From Octopus sinensis (taxonomy: Eukaryota): a stretch of 64,000 nucleotides of DNA. Below the pieces are notes generated by a model. The model saw only the letters and a program-made list of their open reading frames with translations. It made no database searches and was not told where the DNA came from. Below are positions 13,302 to 24,869 of the stretch, in pieces. The DNA lies in assembly GCF_006345805.1 (NCBI RefSeq), contig NC_043004.1:22878001-22942000 (forward strand), read 5' to 3'. Numbering within the stretch: position 1 is the first letter of the stretch; every line of letters starts with the position of its first letter. Both the position numbers and the translations under genes were made by a program.

Positions 13302-14289
13302 CTTTGTATTGCATATAATTGCATTGAATGCTAGTTGGCTGAGGCTATCAACAGGCGCATAATGCTGTCCTTAAGTACGTTCGTTTTGTGTCTTTTGTGT
13401 GTACGTGTGTGTGTTTTATATATTCCTTCTTTTCCTGTAACTCTATACCTGACTTAGTTTCCCTATTTCTCCTCCAATGTGTCCCTCCCTCTCTCTCACC
13501 TCCCGTCTATCTAGGCATGTTTCTATACATACATAAAAAACATAAATACACACATGTTTCTATGTATATTATTTCTTATATCCCCTTTCTCTGCTTTTTA
13601 CTCCCTCTTTTACAATCTATGAATATCTAGCTTTCTCCTCCCATATATAATTCCTCGTTAACAATGCTATTTTCAGTCTAAATATCTGCCGTCTAAATGT
13701 CGATGGCAATTATATACAATTCTTGAAACTCTTGTCGCCTTGAATGTATGTAATTATTGCATGCTGCTAGATATAATATCTTCCTTGTAATATATACAAA
13801 TTTCTATTGATACCCGCACTTACAGTAATGATTGAAGCCGGTATTTTATCTCACTGTTATCTACACCCACCTTGTTAACTATTCATCTCGATAATTTAAA
13901 GCTTATTACCGCCAATATATTACTCATTACATTACAATGCCTACCCCGTCTCTTTATAAACGTTTTCGCATTCTTTATTTAACAACAACAATTAATTGAA
14001 GAGTCGATCTGCAATTAATTTTCGGAAAGCAAGATGTACCCTCCCATCTATGTATTATAATGGAATATCTCATTTAAGTAACATAACTGCAACAGACATG
14101 TGTATTTACAGAATAATCAGAACTATATAATTACTTTCCTCTCAATGTTATTGTTAAACTCGTGTGTATTGTTATTCACACTGATGTTATTTAACCTTAG
14201 TTTAACGAAGATCGAATTGGCTCATGATCGAAGACATTCAGATTGTAACAACCTCAATTTCCAAATATAGAATGTCTTCGTTTATCTTT

Positions 14290-14451
14290 TTCATTTGACC
14301 GCGGCCATGCTGCCGCACCATCTTAGACAAATCGACCCCAGGGCTTATTTTCTTATTTCTTATTTTCTTTATTCCATCGGTTTCTTTTGCCGAACCGTTA
14401 TTGATATATGCATAAATATATTTGCATTCACACACACACACACACACACAC

Positions 14452-14518
<67 letters not shown>

Positions 14519-14690
14519 CGCCCATGTATGTTGAGCTTCTTTAAGTTTCTGTCTACCAAATTCACTCAAAAGGCTTTGGTCGGCTTGTAGTTATAATAGA
14601 AGACACTTGGCGAAGGCGCTACACAGTGGGACTGAACCCGGAACCATGTGGTCGGAAGCAAATTTCTTACCACTAATCCACGCCAGCGCG
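14290..14690 (-). mobile_element. SINE family C with internal microsatellite
   Basis: gcttccgaccacatggttccgggttcagtcccactg...gaccaaagcc. Confidence 0.8.
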
Positions 14691-15004
14691 TATCTGGGAG
14701 CATATTATACAAAGTGCCAACATTTTGTAAGTTTGGAGCGTGTGATATGAAAATTATTTCGTAGCTGTATGTAGAGGAACCATGTAGAATCGTTATCATT
14801 GGCTATTCCACATGTTATGTTCTATGTTTAAACTTACGAAACCAAGTAATGCAGTGTTCAGTAAACTACCGTTTGTCTTTTTGTCTACATTATAGGTAAC
14901 ATATGAATTAAGGTACCTTCTGTTAAAAGCAATAGGCAAACTCTTCAATATAGCTGTACTGATTCTGAGAGCAAAATAATGATAGCTTTTATGTTGATCT
15001 TTTT

Positions 15005-15465
15005 TTTATCTTTTACGAGTTTCAGTCACTTGACTGCGGCTATGCTGAGGAACTGGCTTCAAGGGTTTTAGTCTCGAAGAAATCAATCGGTCTAATTTTG
15101 CTAAGCTTGGTACGTATTCTACTGGGTCTCTATTGCCGAACTGCTAGCTTACGGAGACGCGAACACACCGACACCAGTTCTCAAGCAGTCATCGGAGTAA
15201 AACTCAGAAACAAAGATATACACGCATAGGTGTATATACATATCTAGATAGATAAACAGATAGAGAGGCAGACAGACAGAGACAGTGAGAGAGAGAAAGA
15301 GACAGACAACGGGCTTCTTTCCGTTTCCATCAACCAAAATCCAAAGCTTTGGTCGACCCGAGGCTATAGTAGAAGACACTTGACCATGGTGTCACGAAGT
15401 GGGAATGAACGCGGAACCATGTGGTTGCGAGGCAAGCTTCTTACCATACAGCCATGCCTGCGCCT
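15005..15465 (-). mobile_element. SINE family C
   Basis: gcaggcatggctgtatggtaagaagcttgcc head. Confidence 0.82.
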
Positions 15466-15986
15466 CTGTTGTTAAAAATTAAGGTTATATTCAGAATGAT
15501 AATAACTCAATTATCATTTCCAATTACAATCATGTATGCTTGTAATCGAACGTGAATGATTATATACAACCGTAATCCTTTGACGCTCTAACTCATGTGA
15601 TACCTCAGTGATTTATTACCCCGTAATTGCTTTTTTGGGGGAGCCGGGATATGTGAATTGTAGCAGTTTACATATTCTAGATGTATAAATATAGGCTCCT
15701 ACATCAGACGCAAGCTTAACAACAAGATAGAGCAATCACTGAAATGCAACAAGTTAATGTTCAGGGACGAAAAATAATTCAAGCGGAGCCCAATATCTTT
15801 TGGGATTGACACAAGCTCATGGGAAAATCCATGGGAATTGTCAAAATTTCTTCTTGATTTACGTGAATTTGAAACCTAATTCCAATTGTTTTTAAATTTT
15901 TGGAATTTTGTTGGTTGGGTTCTAATTACAGAGATAACATCTATGACAGAAGAAAATCAGCAGCGCAAAGATAATCATCTTCAAGA

Positions 15987-15989
15987 AAT

Positions 15990-16033
<44 letters not shown>

Positions 16034-16152
16034 TATTATCATCATCATTATTATCATCATCATTATTATCATCATCATTATTATCATCATCATCATTATC
16101 ATCATCATTATTATCATCATCATCATTATTATTATTATTATTATTATCATTA
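15987..16152. repeat. (TCA)n/(TTA)n trinucleotide array
   Basis: Direct inspection. Confidence 0.95.
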
Positions 16153-16162
16153 TTACTGCTAA

Positions 16163-16334
16163 GACTGGCAGATTCGTTAGCACGCCGGACGAAATTGCTT
16201 CGCGGTGTTTCGTCCATCTTTACGCTCTGGCTTCAAATCCTACCGGGGTCGGCGTTGCCTTTCGTCCTTTCGGAGTCGATAAAAGAAGTACCACTAGAAT
16301 ATTGGGACCGTGTTCCCATAGTAGAAAGGATTAT
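16163..16334 (+). mobile_element. SINE family A
   Basis: ctggcagattcgttagcacgccggacgaaattgctt head. Confidence 0.8.
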
Positions 16335-16905
16335 AATTATTATTTCTCTTTATCACAGATTTTCTTGGAGCTCATGGAGTCTTGCATGCGTAGCAGGCTT
16401 CCTACCTGTAGCTCATTTCCCATGCTATCCGTTCTTTTCAACTATCTAATACTTTTCTGATTATTCTGGCCGTGCCAAGAAATCACTCTATTCCAATTTC
16501 CTTTATATTCCACTTGATACTTTCTGATACTGTTCCCAAGGATCCAACAATAATTGGCGCTATCTTCACCTTCATTTTCCAAAGCCCGGCCATTTCGTAC
16601 TTAATAGGGTTATATTTATCTATCTTTTCGCCTTCCTTCTTGACTATCCGTGGGTCAAAGGGGCATGCAACATCAACTATACAGCCTATGTGGTGCACAT
16701 TGCCCACTGCTACGTCAGGTCTGTTATGCCCAACAGACTAAGTCCAGTCTGTTATGCTGTAAAGCCTGATCTGTCTGGATTGGGAAATTCCGGAGGATTT
16801 TGCTAGTCTCCGACTGCGCTACTCTGCGTTTTTTGCTCATACCATGTCTTAAATCTCGGTAACCCCCATTTCGTGTACAATCTCCAATGTAGAATTTTCG
16901 CTGCC
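16335..16905 (-). mobile_element. R4/Dong-clade non-LTR retrotransposon 3' fragment (restriction-like endonuclease)
   Basis: NFPIQTDQALQHNRLDLV...CIVDVACPFDPRIVKKEGEKIDKY..IKYEMAGLWKMKVKIAPIIVGSLG is a PD-(D/E)xK RLE signature. Confidence 0.8.
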
Positions 16906-16939
16906 TGATCGTGTCGCCAGAATCAGTGAAAGTTCGGCT

Positions 16940-17082
16940 CATTACGTTCTGAGTTCAAATTCACCGATGTTGACTTACCCTTTTATCTTTCTAGTGGGTC
17001 AATGAAATAAATTGTAGCTGAGCACTAGGATTAACTTAATCGTTTAGTCCACTCCCTTAAAATTCCTGGCTTTATGCCTATT
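16940..17082 (+). mobile_element. SINE family A, partial
   Basis: ttacgttctgagttcaaattcaccgatgttgactt. Confidence 0.7.
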
Positions 17083-17084
17083 GT

Positions 17085-18104
17085 TTGCTGGAGATAGCAG
17101 TCGATAACCGTACGGCGCTATGTAAAGCTTCACTAAATGTATAGGGGCAAAGATGTGTGTGGGCGGCGAACATAAAAATGTTCGTTTTATCTCTAGGAAG
17201 AACGCCGGATAAATGGATAACCTGGTACTCAAGTTTCGGACTTTCTACAATACGTTTGTTTTGGTAAATCTGCTTGGTCTTCTTCAGCTAGGTTCACCGA
17301 AGACGAAATTTGAAATATCCGCTAAATCAATGCCTGTATATTCAGCTGATACGCCTAGCCATAAACAGAAGGAAAATCAGGAAATAAGTTTTATATAAAC
17401 ATTTATAACTATTATTGTAATACAATAGTATTATTTTCCAACTAAATAGATCACCATGAAGGTACCTAGCTGAAGAAAACTAACCAGATTTACGATAATA
17501 AACGTATTCAGGAAGTCTGAAACTCGGGTACTGAGTTATCCATTCTAAGTTGTCCATTTATCCGGCGTTCTTCCTCGAAGTAAGACGAAAATTTTTTATT
17601 GGGTTGTCCGGAAAGTTCGTGCCGATTGATAGCAGCTTACCTTCCGACTTATTTTAGCGCTTGATGCTTTGGGAACCAGACAAAAATTGCTGCAGCTCGG
17701 CTGAGATGTGTTACCCCACCCTCCATATTCACCAGATATTGCTCCTTTGGATTTCCACTTATTCAGGTCTCTGCAGAATAGTCTTAATGGTAAACATTTC
17801 AATTCCTTGGATGACGTAAAAGATACCTTGATGAATTCTTTGGCATGAAACTACCTCAATTCTGGGGATAGGATATTTTCAAGTTAAAGAAAAGATGGAG
17901 ACGCATTGTGCAACAAAATAGCTCATATTTGGTTGATCAAAAATGTAATGCCAAGTATTTATTGACCTTTTCCTTTCCTTTAAAAAGCAGTTCGAACTTT
18001 CCGGACAACCCAATATATTTGCCGCCCGCCCACATCTTTACCTCTAGACATTCAATGAAATACCACATAGCGTCGTACGGTTATCGACTGCTATTTCAAG
18101 CAAA
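17085..18104. mobile_element. Foldback/MITE-like element with ~200 bp inverted arms, interrupted by the mariner at 17599-18013
   Basis: Left arm gagatagcagtcgataaccgtacggcgctatgt...aagaacgccggataaatgga...cttcagctagg (about 17091-17292) is the reverse complement of 17465-17596 plus 18016-18098. Confidence 0.75.
17599..18013 (+). mobile_element. Internally deleted mariner (415 bp) retaining the transposase C-terminus
   Basis: TIR TTGGGTTGTCCGGAAAGTTCG at both ends with TA flanks; encodes TRQKLLQLG*DVLPHPPYSPDIAPLDFHLFRSLQNSLNGKHF...KERWRRIVQQNSSYLVD. Confidence 0.9.
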
Positions 18105-18131
18105 TATTGGGGCCTTGTTGTGCCTCTATTT

Positions 18132-18161
<30 letters not shown>

Positions 18162-18164
<3 letters not shown>

Positions 18165-18459
18165 CCAGCAGGACTGGCTACCCTAGACTGATGATGAGCA
18201 ATGGACTCAGAAACATGCATGTCTCTAGGTGCTAGCCCTAGCTGTGTGTGTGGGGGGGGGGGCTTACCTCCCCATCGCAAATATAAGGACACAGGAAATG
18301 TGTCAAAGCCGGCAGGAAGCGTCGATGCTTGCTAGGGCTAAATAGCGGTGAGGTAATTCCCTATACGGGACTGTCACGTTACGTTGACAGTACTCAACAA
18401 CTCTATCGCTCCACCACCGCTCCTGTCTCTCTGAGACATTTCGAAATTCAATATTTCTA
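18162..18459 (+). mobile_element. Hammerhead-bearing small non-coding element (retrozyme-like or Penelope pLTR-derived), copy 1
   Basis: Flanked by (TA)n on both sides; contains the hammerhead and a series of hairpins; ends GAGAC..AATATTTCTA, as copy 2 does. Confidence 0.7.
18176..18237 (+). ncRNA. Type I hammerhead ribozyme, canonical core
   Basis: Stem I CCUAGA(18182-87)/UCUAGG(18224-29), extended by GGCUA(18176-80)/UAGCC(18233-37) across an internal loop. Core CUGAUGA 18188-94; stem II UGAG/CUCA with loop CAAUGGA; GAAA 18210-13; palindromic stem III ACAUGCAUGU; GUC cleavage triplet 18221-23. Confidence 0.9.
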
Positions 18460-18719
18460 ATATATATATATATATTATTGAATAAGAATATTATTGATGA
18501 CGTTCAAAGTTTCTGCCACTGAAGCTATAGCCGGACGATGTCCTAACTGACCGAAATTTCGAAGTCACAGTCAATAACGTATTCTTGTTGAGGAACAATA
18601 CGTTTGAACTCTATTAAAGTATACAGAAACATATAAGATTAATGTAAAATTACTTTTATTATAACTGAACATAAATAGAAACATTACCACACACGCACTC
18701 ATATATATTTTTATATTTG

Positions 18720-18778
<59 letters not shown>

Positions 18779-19179
18779 ATGTGAGTATACATGCGTGTAT
18801 TTGTTCGTGTGTTTCTGTGTGCAACAGACAGATTAATTTGAAATGACGACGGCTTCCTTGTGATTTCGACTTTTTCTACATCAATCAATCTTAGAATTTT
18901 TAAAGCTAGATTCAGATTAAGAGAATTATTGTAACGCTATTTTATTAAAATATCTTTAAATTAATTGAGATTGAATACTTGTTATGTTATAAAAGCAAAT
19001 ATGATAATGTCGTTTTTTTCTCCCATAAAGATTATTTATTCTGCCACCTATGCTACTCTATATTACATCGTGTTTTATGTTCACAACGTTTTCATTTGAT
19101 ACTACTGAAGTAGATTTAGTCTAGATAGTAAATTCTTATTTAGTCACAAGGCCAGCAATTTCGAAAGGAACGGATTAGT

Positions 19180-19350
19180 CAATCCCATTAATACCAGAAT
19201 GTTATTGCCACTTTATTTATTCACGTCAAAGAGATTAAAGGCAAAGTTGGTCTCGGCGTGAAAATATCATAGAAACGTAAAGAGCTGGGTGAAATATCGC
19301 ATGGTATTTTTTCTGTTGCGCCAATGAATGTTCCAGCTCACTGCTGAATG
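19180..19350 (-). mobile_element. SINE family A, decayed
   Basis: aaaggcaaagttggtctcggcgtg...gttccagctcactgc. Confidence 0.6.
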
Positions 19351-20884
19351 TCATAAGTTGATAGATAACGATATATCATCAGCAGTATTGTAACATTTAT
19401 AGTATCATCATCGCGGAAAATTTTGAAAGTAAACATAAAATATTTGTGAAAGTCTGAATGAGAGAACATGCATGATGATTATCAAATGTTAGTGACTATA
19501 AGTAACCAGAAGCCTTTGACTACTTAAATCTTACGGTACTTCTTGATTTACAACCTCGTACTTGCCATTAGAACATGTATGTGAATTTGTTCCAATTTAC
19601 ATATTCAATATATATACTTACAGGTTCATATAAGGCACGCAAGCTTCACATTATAACTTAATTCATTCGATTATGAAGCCCGGCGCTAAATAGGCGTCCA
19701 CCTTTCTCAGATGTGAGATATCCTTTGAGCACATTCTCAATGAAATTCAGTCTTTGACGAGAATATAAATTTAATATCCAAAAGCAAAATTCGAGACAAT
19801 CTTTGTATACGTCCTAAATTAGGATTGTCATCTGAAACGCTAAATCTACATACCTTTAGTTGAATGTCATTAACTTGCTTCATGGGAAGCAATCTTTGTA
19901 TCTGCTGGAGTAATGTATTGAATAGATGGTATACAATACATCCATCTGTTTATACATAATCGTCAGTAACGTCACAAACATATTCTGTCAATTTCTCATA
20001 TTTCGAAAACATAAACGTAATTACTTCATAGGCTGAGATTATATATATTGATTTCAATACTCAATATCAGACAGATTGGAACATATTCAGATATGTATTC
20101 TATTTCAGTACATATGTATTCACGTATGAGCCAGGGTTAATGTTTGGTGATGCCTTGTTGATTTTAATAATATAGATGGACAGTGTGATGGAATAGAAAA
20201 GAATATATAATCTTGTGGACTGCAATGTGTCGATATTAATGCAGAAAGTATAATGTGATATTTTACACTATTTACTGTTTGCTTGTGTATAGAGAGCTTT
20301 TTCCTCCTTGCGTCGCCTACCTAAATGGATTTGTGGAACATCTCAGCTAAGCAAGGAAATAGATTACGAAGTATCAACTTACAATGTAAATCTAACTTTT
20401 CCGAAAGGGAGTACTTGAAGACGGACGAACATACGCACACACATAAGGCACACAGGCTTACCTTCTTTCTAGGATAAATGCATCTCTGTGTATGTGCGTG
20501 TGTACGTTTGTGTGTGTTTGCACGTAAATCATAAACCTACAGCAGTGACTCAATAATGTCACTAATGTTAATGTTTACTTTTCGCACACTTCTCTACAGC
20601 TTCTAGCTAATACAGTTCTTGAACAAGTTAAATTAACGCTAAAAAAGTTTTTTTAAAGGTCCATTTTGCTTTTCGTGTTTTATATAAAGCCCTTCTACAC
20701 ACATCGGAATACCTGTATAGATTGCACTGGCATGCATGATTGTTGAACAAACAGACAAAGTGAAGGAGGCCTTAGCTTGGCCAATCGATTAATAGCCAAA
20801 GTTCGGAAGAATAATAACGTATTCATTCTTAGTGCAAATCACTGTTGTATCGTTATTTTTTAATTCATTATTTTAATTGATGCA

Positions 20885-21260
20885 TACTCTTTTATTTGTT
20901 TCAGTCATTTGACTGCGGCCATGCTGGAGTGCCGCCTTTAGTCGAGCAAATCGACCCCGGGTTTATTCTTTGTAAGCCCAGTACTTATTTTATCGGTATC
21001 TTTTGCCGAACCGCTAAGTGACGGGGTTGTAAACACACCAGTATCGGATGTCAAGCAATGCTAGGGGGACAAACACAGACACATAAACACACACATACAT
21101 ATATATATATATACATATATACGACAGGCTTCTTTCAGTTTCCGTCTACCAAATCCACTCACAAGGCATTGGTCGGCCCGGGGCTATAGCAGAAGATACT
21201 TGCCCAAGATGCCACGCAGTGGGACTGAACCCGGAAGCTACTTACCACTCCTGCGCCTCA
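20885..21260 (-). mobile_element. SINE family C
   Basis: gggttcagtcccactgcgtggcatcttgggcaag...gactgaaacaaataaaagag tail. Confidence 0.85.
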
Positions 21261-21959
21261 TAATACATATAATCTTCCAGAAAATTTAAGCTAAAATAGA
21301 TACGTTATTGGTTATATTTTTGCTGTTCTACGCGCTCCACATGAATTATTATTAGAAAATCATTTGTCCAAAATTTCAACTTTTTTCCAGCTATCTGAAT
21401 ATCGACACTCTCCCTCACAGAAATAAGAAAAGTCTATAACATATTTATTCCCGCCCCCACGACTAATTAAAATATTTGAAAAATTCCCTCCGCTGAAGGT
21501 AAAATTATTTGCATCCATAAAATTCTCTTCTCTGCCATAGTTCTGGAAAAGTCTCATATGTTTTGAATCATCTCTAAATCTAGCACGAAAGCATTGTTAA
21601 AACGGTCAAACCAAAATAGAAATTTAAAGTGGATTTGTAAAAGCCATTCATCTTAATTAGTTATCCTTTTTTTTAATCCGGTACCCTCCCAAGAGGCATA
21701 TCATTTTACTTAAATCTCTACTTCATCTCCTATTTCTCCACATGTACATTTTTCGATTTTATATGTTAATAATATTATCATTTCTACGCCCTCAATCTCT
21801 TACTAGTATACACGCGTTTGTGTGCGTGTGTATGTGTGTGTGTGTGTGTGAGTGTGTGTGTGTGAGTGTGCATGTGTGTATGTGTAGATGTGTGTGTACC
21901 AAAAAAACTACGTGAATCAAAGCTGAAATATTGCTGAAATGTTGCTTTCAAATTTTGTC

Positions 21960-22110
21960 ACCAGCAATTCGGGGAAAGGAGACTAGTCGATTACATCGAG
22001 CCTAGTTTTCAACTGTTACTTTTTTTCCCGAACCCGAAGGGTGAAAGGCAAAGTCAACTTTGACGGAAGTTGAACTCAGAATTTAAAGATGGTCGAAATA
22101 CTGCTAAGAA
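21960..22110 (-). mobile_element. SINE family A, partial
   Basis: aaaggcaaagtcaactttgacggaagttgaactcagaa. Confidence 0.7.
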
Positions 22111-22173
22111 TTATATAAAATGTTGGACTGCTCTTACTCTGAGGACAAATATATTAGCAGTCTAAACTTTCTA

Positions 22174-23050
22174 CAGGGTGCGGTGAATATATTGTTGTCT
22201 AAATTACACAGAAAGGAAAATGATACTGACACCCCATTTTAACAGATTTATTTATCAAAATTGCATAAAAATATTTTGAAATACTAAAGCGTAGATTTAT
22301 TCAATAAAATCGCCATTGGCTTCAACTATGATCTTCAGACGACTTCGGAATCTCCTGCAACTCTTCTGGGCGGTCTCTTTGTTTAAGTTAGTGAATGCTG
22401 CCATAATCCTTGACTTCATTTGATGTTTGGTGTTACAATGTATTTTCTTGGTCTCTCGCTCAACTGCGCCCCACACATAATAATCAAGGAGGTTGCAGTC
22501 TGGGGAGTTAGGTGGCCAGATGTTAGGGGTGATGTGGTCGCAGAAATTGTCTGACAACCTTGACTGTGTTCTACTTGTACGGCATGGTGCAGAGTCCTGC
22601 AGGAGGACATTGCGCCTTCCTGCAGCCATCTACTTGACCCAGGGCAGCACTACCCCCTCCAGGCACTTGATGTAGGCCTGTGTTGAGACTGAGACCGTGT
22701 GGAAAGATGAATGGAAGCATAACATCACCATCACTAGTGATCATTCCAAACACCATCATGTTAACTGAATGTTTTATTTTATCATTCTCGGTACATGTCC
22801 TCAAATTGACACACAAACACTCTGAAATGTTCGTATTTGAGCTTCCGGCATGAATGCCAAGTAGTACAGTATGTCGTTTCCAAATTTCTGGCAGTGTGAA
22901 TGGCGTCATGGTGCTATTTTTCTCACAGGCGGTGCCCAACTGCCCCTACTATACTTTGTAGTCGATAAAACTAAAAACAAACAATGCGCATGCACGAAAT
23001 TAAAAATATAAAATGGTGATAACTTAACAATTTACCCTCCCCCATCCCTG
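22174..23050 (-). mobile_element. Tc1/mariner-superfamily transposon (maT/DD37D-like), internally deleted
   Basis: TA|CAGGG...CCCTG|TA ends. Minus-strand relic MTPFTLPEIWKRH...VNMMVFGMITSDG...LLQDSAPC...IWPPNSPDCNLLDYYVWGAVERET...IVEANGDFIE. Confidence 0.85.
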
Positions 23051-24197
23051 TATATTCTAGCATAGAAAGGTTCTACATGTTGTTACGAAGTTTCAATTTT
23101 CCTTTTTTACTTCAAAGAAAACAATGATGAATACCGCCCAATTCACGCCAAGATACTGACATAGTCTCTAAAAGCTGACGCGAAAACAACGTTTAAGTCT
23201 CACGACTAGAAGGAACTTTAAAAGTAATTCATAATTTAAAACTTCATTATTTTCTCGTTGTTTGAAATAACCATATACCTGCAGAAGGTTACTCACGGAC
23301 TAAAATGGCTCCTTACCACTTGGCTTATTTCTTAGTCTTCAATTATTATTCTATTTACATTATAGCTGTGTGTCTTACGGAGGCAGTGAGGAAAGGAAAG
23401 TGAGCGGACAGGTCCCAATGCTTATTAAAATTGAAGTAATTTTGAGCACTTACAATTATTTGAATTATGGTGATTAATGTAGTATTAAATAAAATGTATG
23501 CAAATTGTGTTTTTATTCTCATTTAGGAAAGAGGATGGGGTCGGAAAATATCTCTAATACCTTAGTGATGGGTGTTAGGATGTGTTAGTTAAAGACGTAA
23601 TGTATTATACAAAGACTGGGAAAACTTTCCATCTGATTGAAATTGATTGGCAATCTTTTCAAAAGTGTCCATGCTGGCAAAGCGAAATACGGAACGGGTA
23701 GCACGGTAATGGAAGCTTAAAATGTGTTAATGTAACGTTTCTTATAGGAAGACAGCGACAGCTTTCGTTGGTTTTTGAGGATTTAGAATATGAAGGATAA
23801 ATTTCCATGTTTAATAAGATTAAGACGGTTTTAAACATTTTAAATGTTGTCAAAAATGATGGCAAAAAGAAAGATGAATGATATAAACAGAAGATCTTTT
23901 CACCTGGCATTAATATGTAGAACGCTACAAAAATCAAAATTTGGAAAAGATTTGTTTTTTCTCGTTCCTTAAATTCTGTCTTATTACATTGGGAATTCCA
24001 AGAAAAAAACCCAAATCAAAATATCAAAAACTTAAATTTGGCAAGTGCAATGAAATTTTGAAGTGCTGTCATTTTGGGGAGATCGTAATCTGCGTAGTTG
24101 AAGACGTAGAAATCAGAACGAAATTCCTTAAAAACGTGAAAAAACGTGGGTGGCTACTCGATGCACACACACACACACGTGTGTGTGTCTATGTATT

Positions 24198-24288
<91 letters not shown>

Positions 24289-24869
24289 TGTGTGTATGTG
24301 TGTGTGTGTGTGTGTACATACATACAATATAGAGAGAAATAGAAACACAAATACATAGTTATGTTATAAGCATTATATATACGCAAATATATATTTATTT
24401 ATTTATATAAATTACATACATATTTAATGTTTAAAGTATAGGAAACTATTTAAAGGCATAGCTAACTTTTGTTGGTAGCTGAAGCTACTGCAATGTTAGA
24501 AACCCTTGCGTATCTTAAATACGGTGCTAAATGTACATATATTTTCACTGATGAGACTAAACTCTTGTTATTTGTATATTTATATAGCTGACGTACATAT
24601 TTAATGTTTAAAGTATAGGAAACCATTTAAAGGCTTAGCTAACTTCATCTACTGGTAGCTAAAGAGTTGAGTAGCAATGAGAACATTAGTCTCCTGCTAA
24701 TCAAATGTTGCTCCTTTCTTTCGCCGACTAGAGCAATTTTGAACTGATGTCAGGTGTTAAGACTATGTACTTAGTGAATTCGTGTATTTGTTTGGATTTC
24801 AAACCTGTAATCTGCTGCAGATTGCGTTGAGATATCTCTGGATAACCTTAGCGGAAATGAGGCTACGTT

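Noticed and set aside
18505-18565. ctgaagct...ccgaaatttcg Penelope-like motif after element copy 1, and a similar acgaagatc...gatcgaagac near 14204
   Set aside because: Cores and stems are too degenerate to call.
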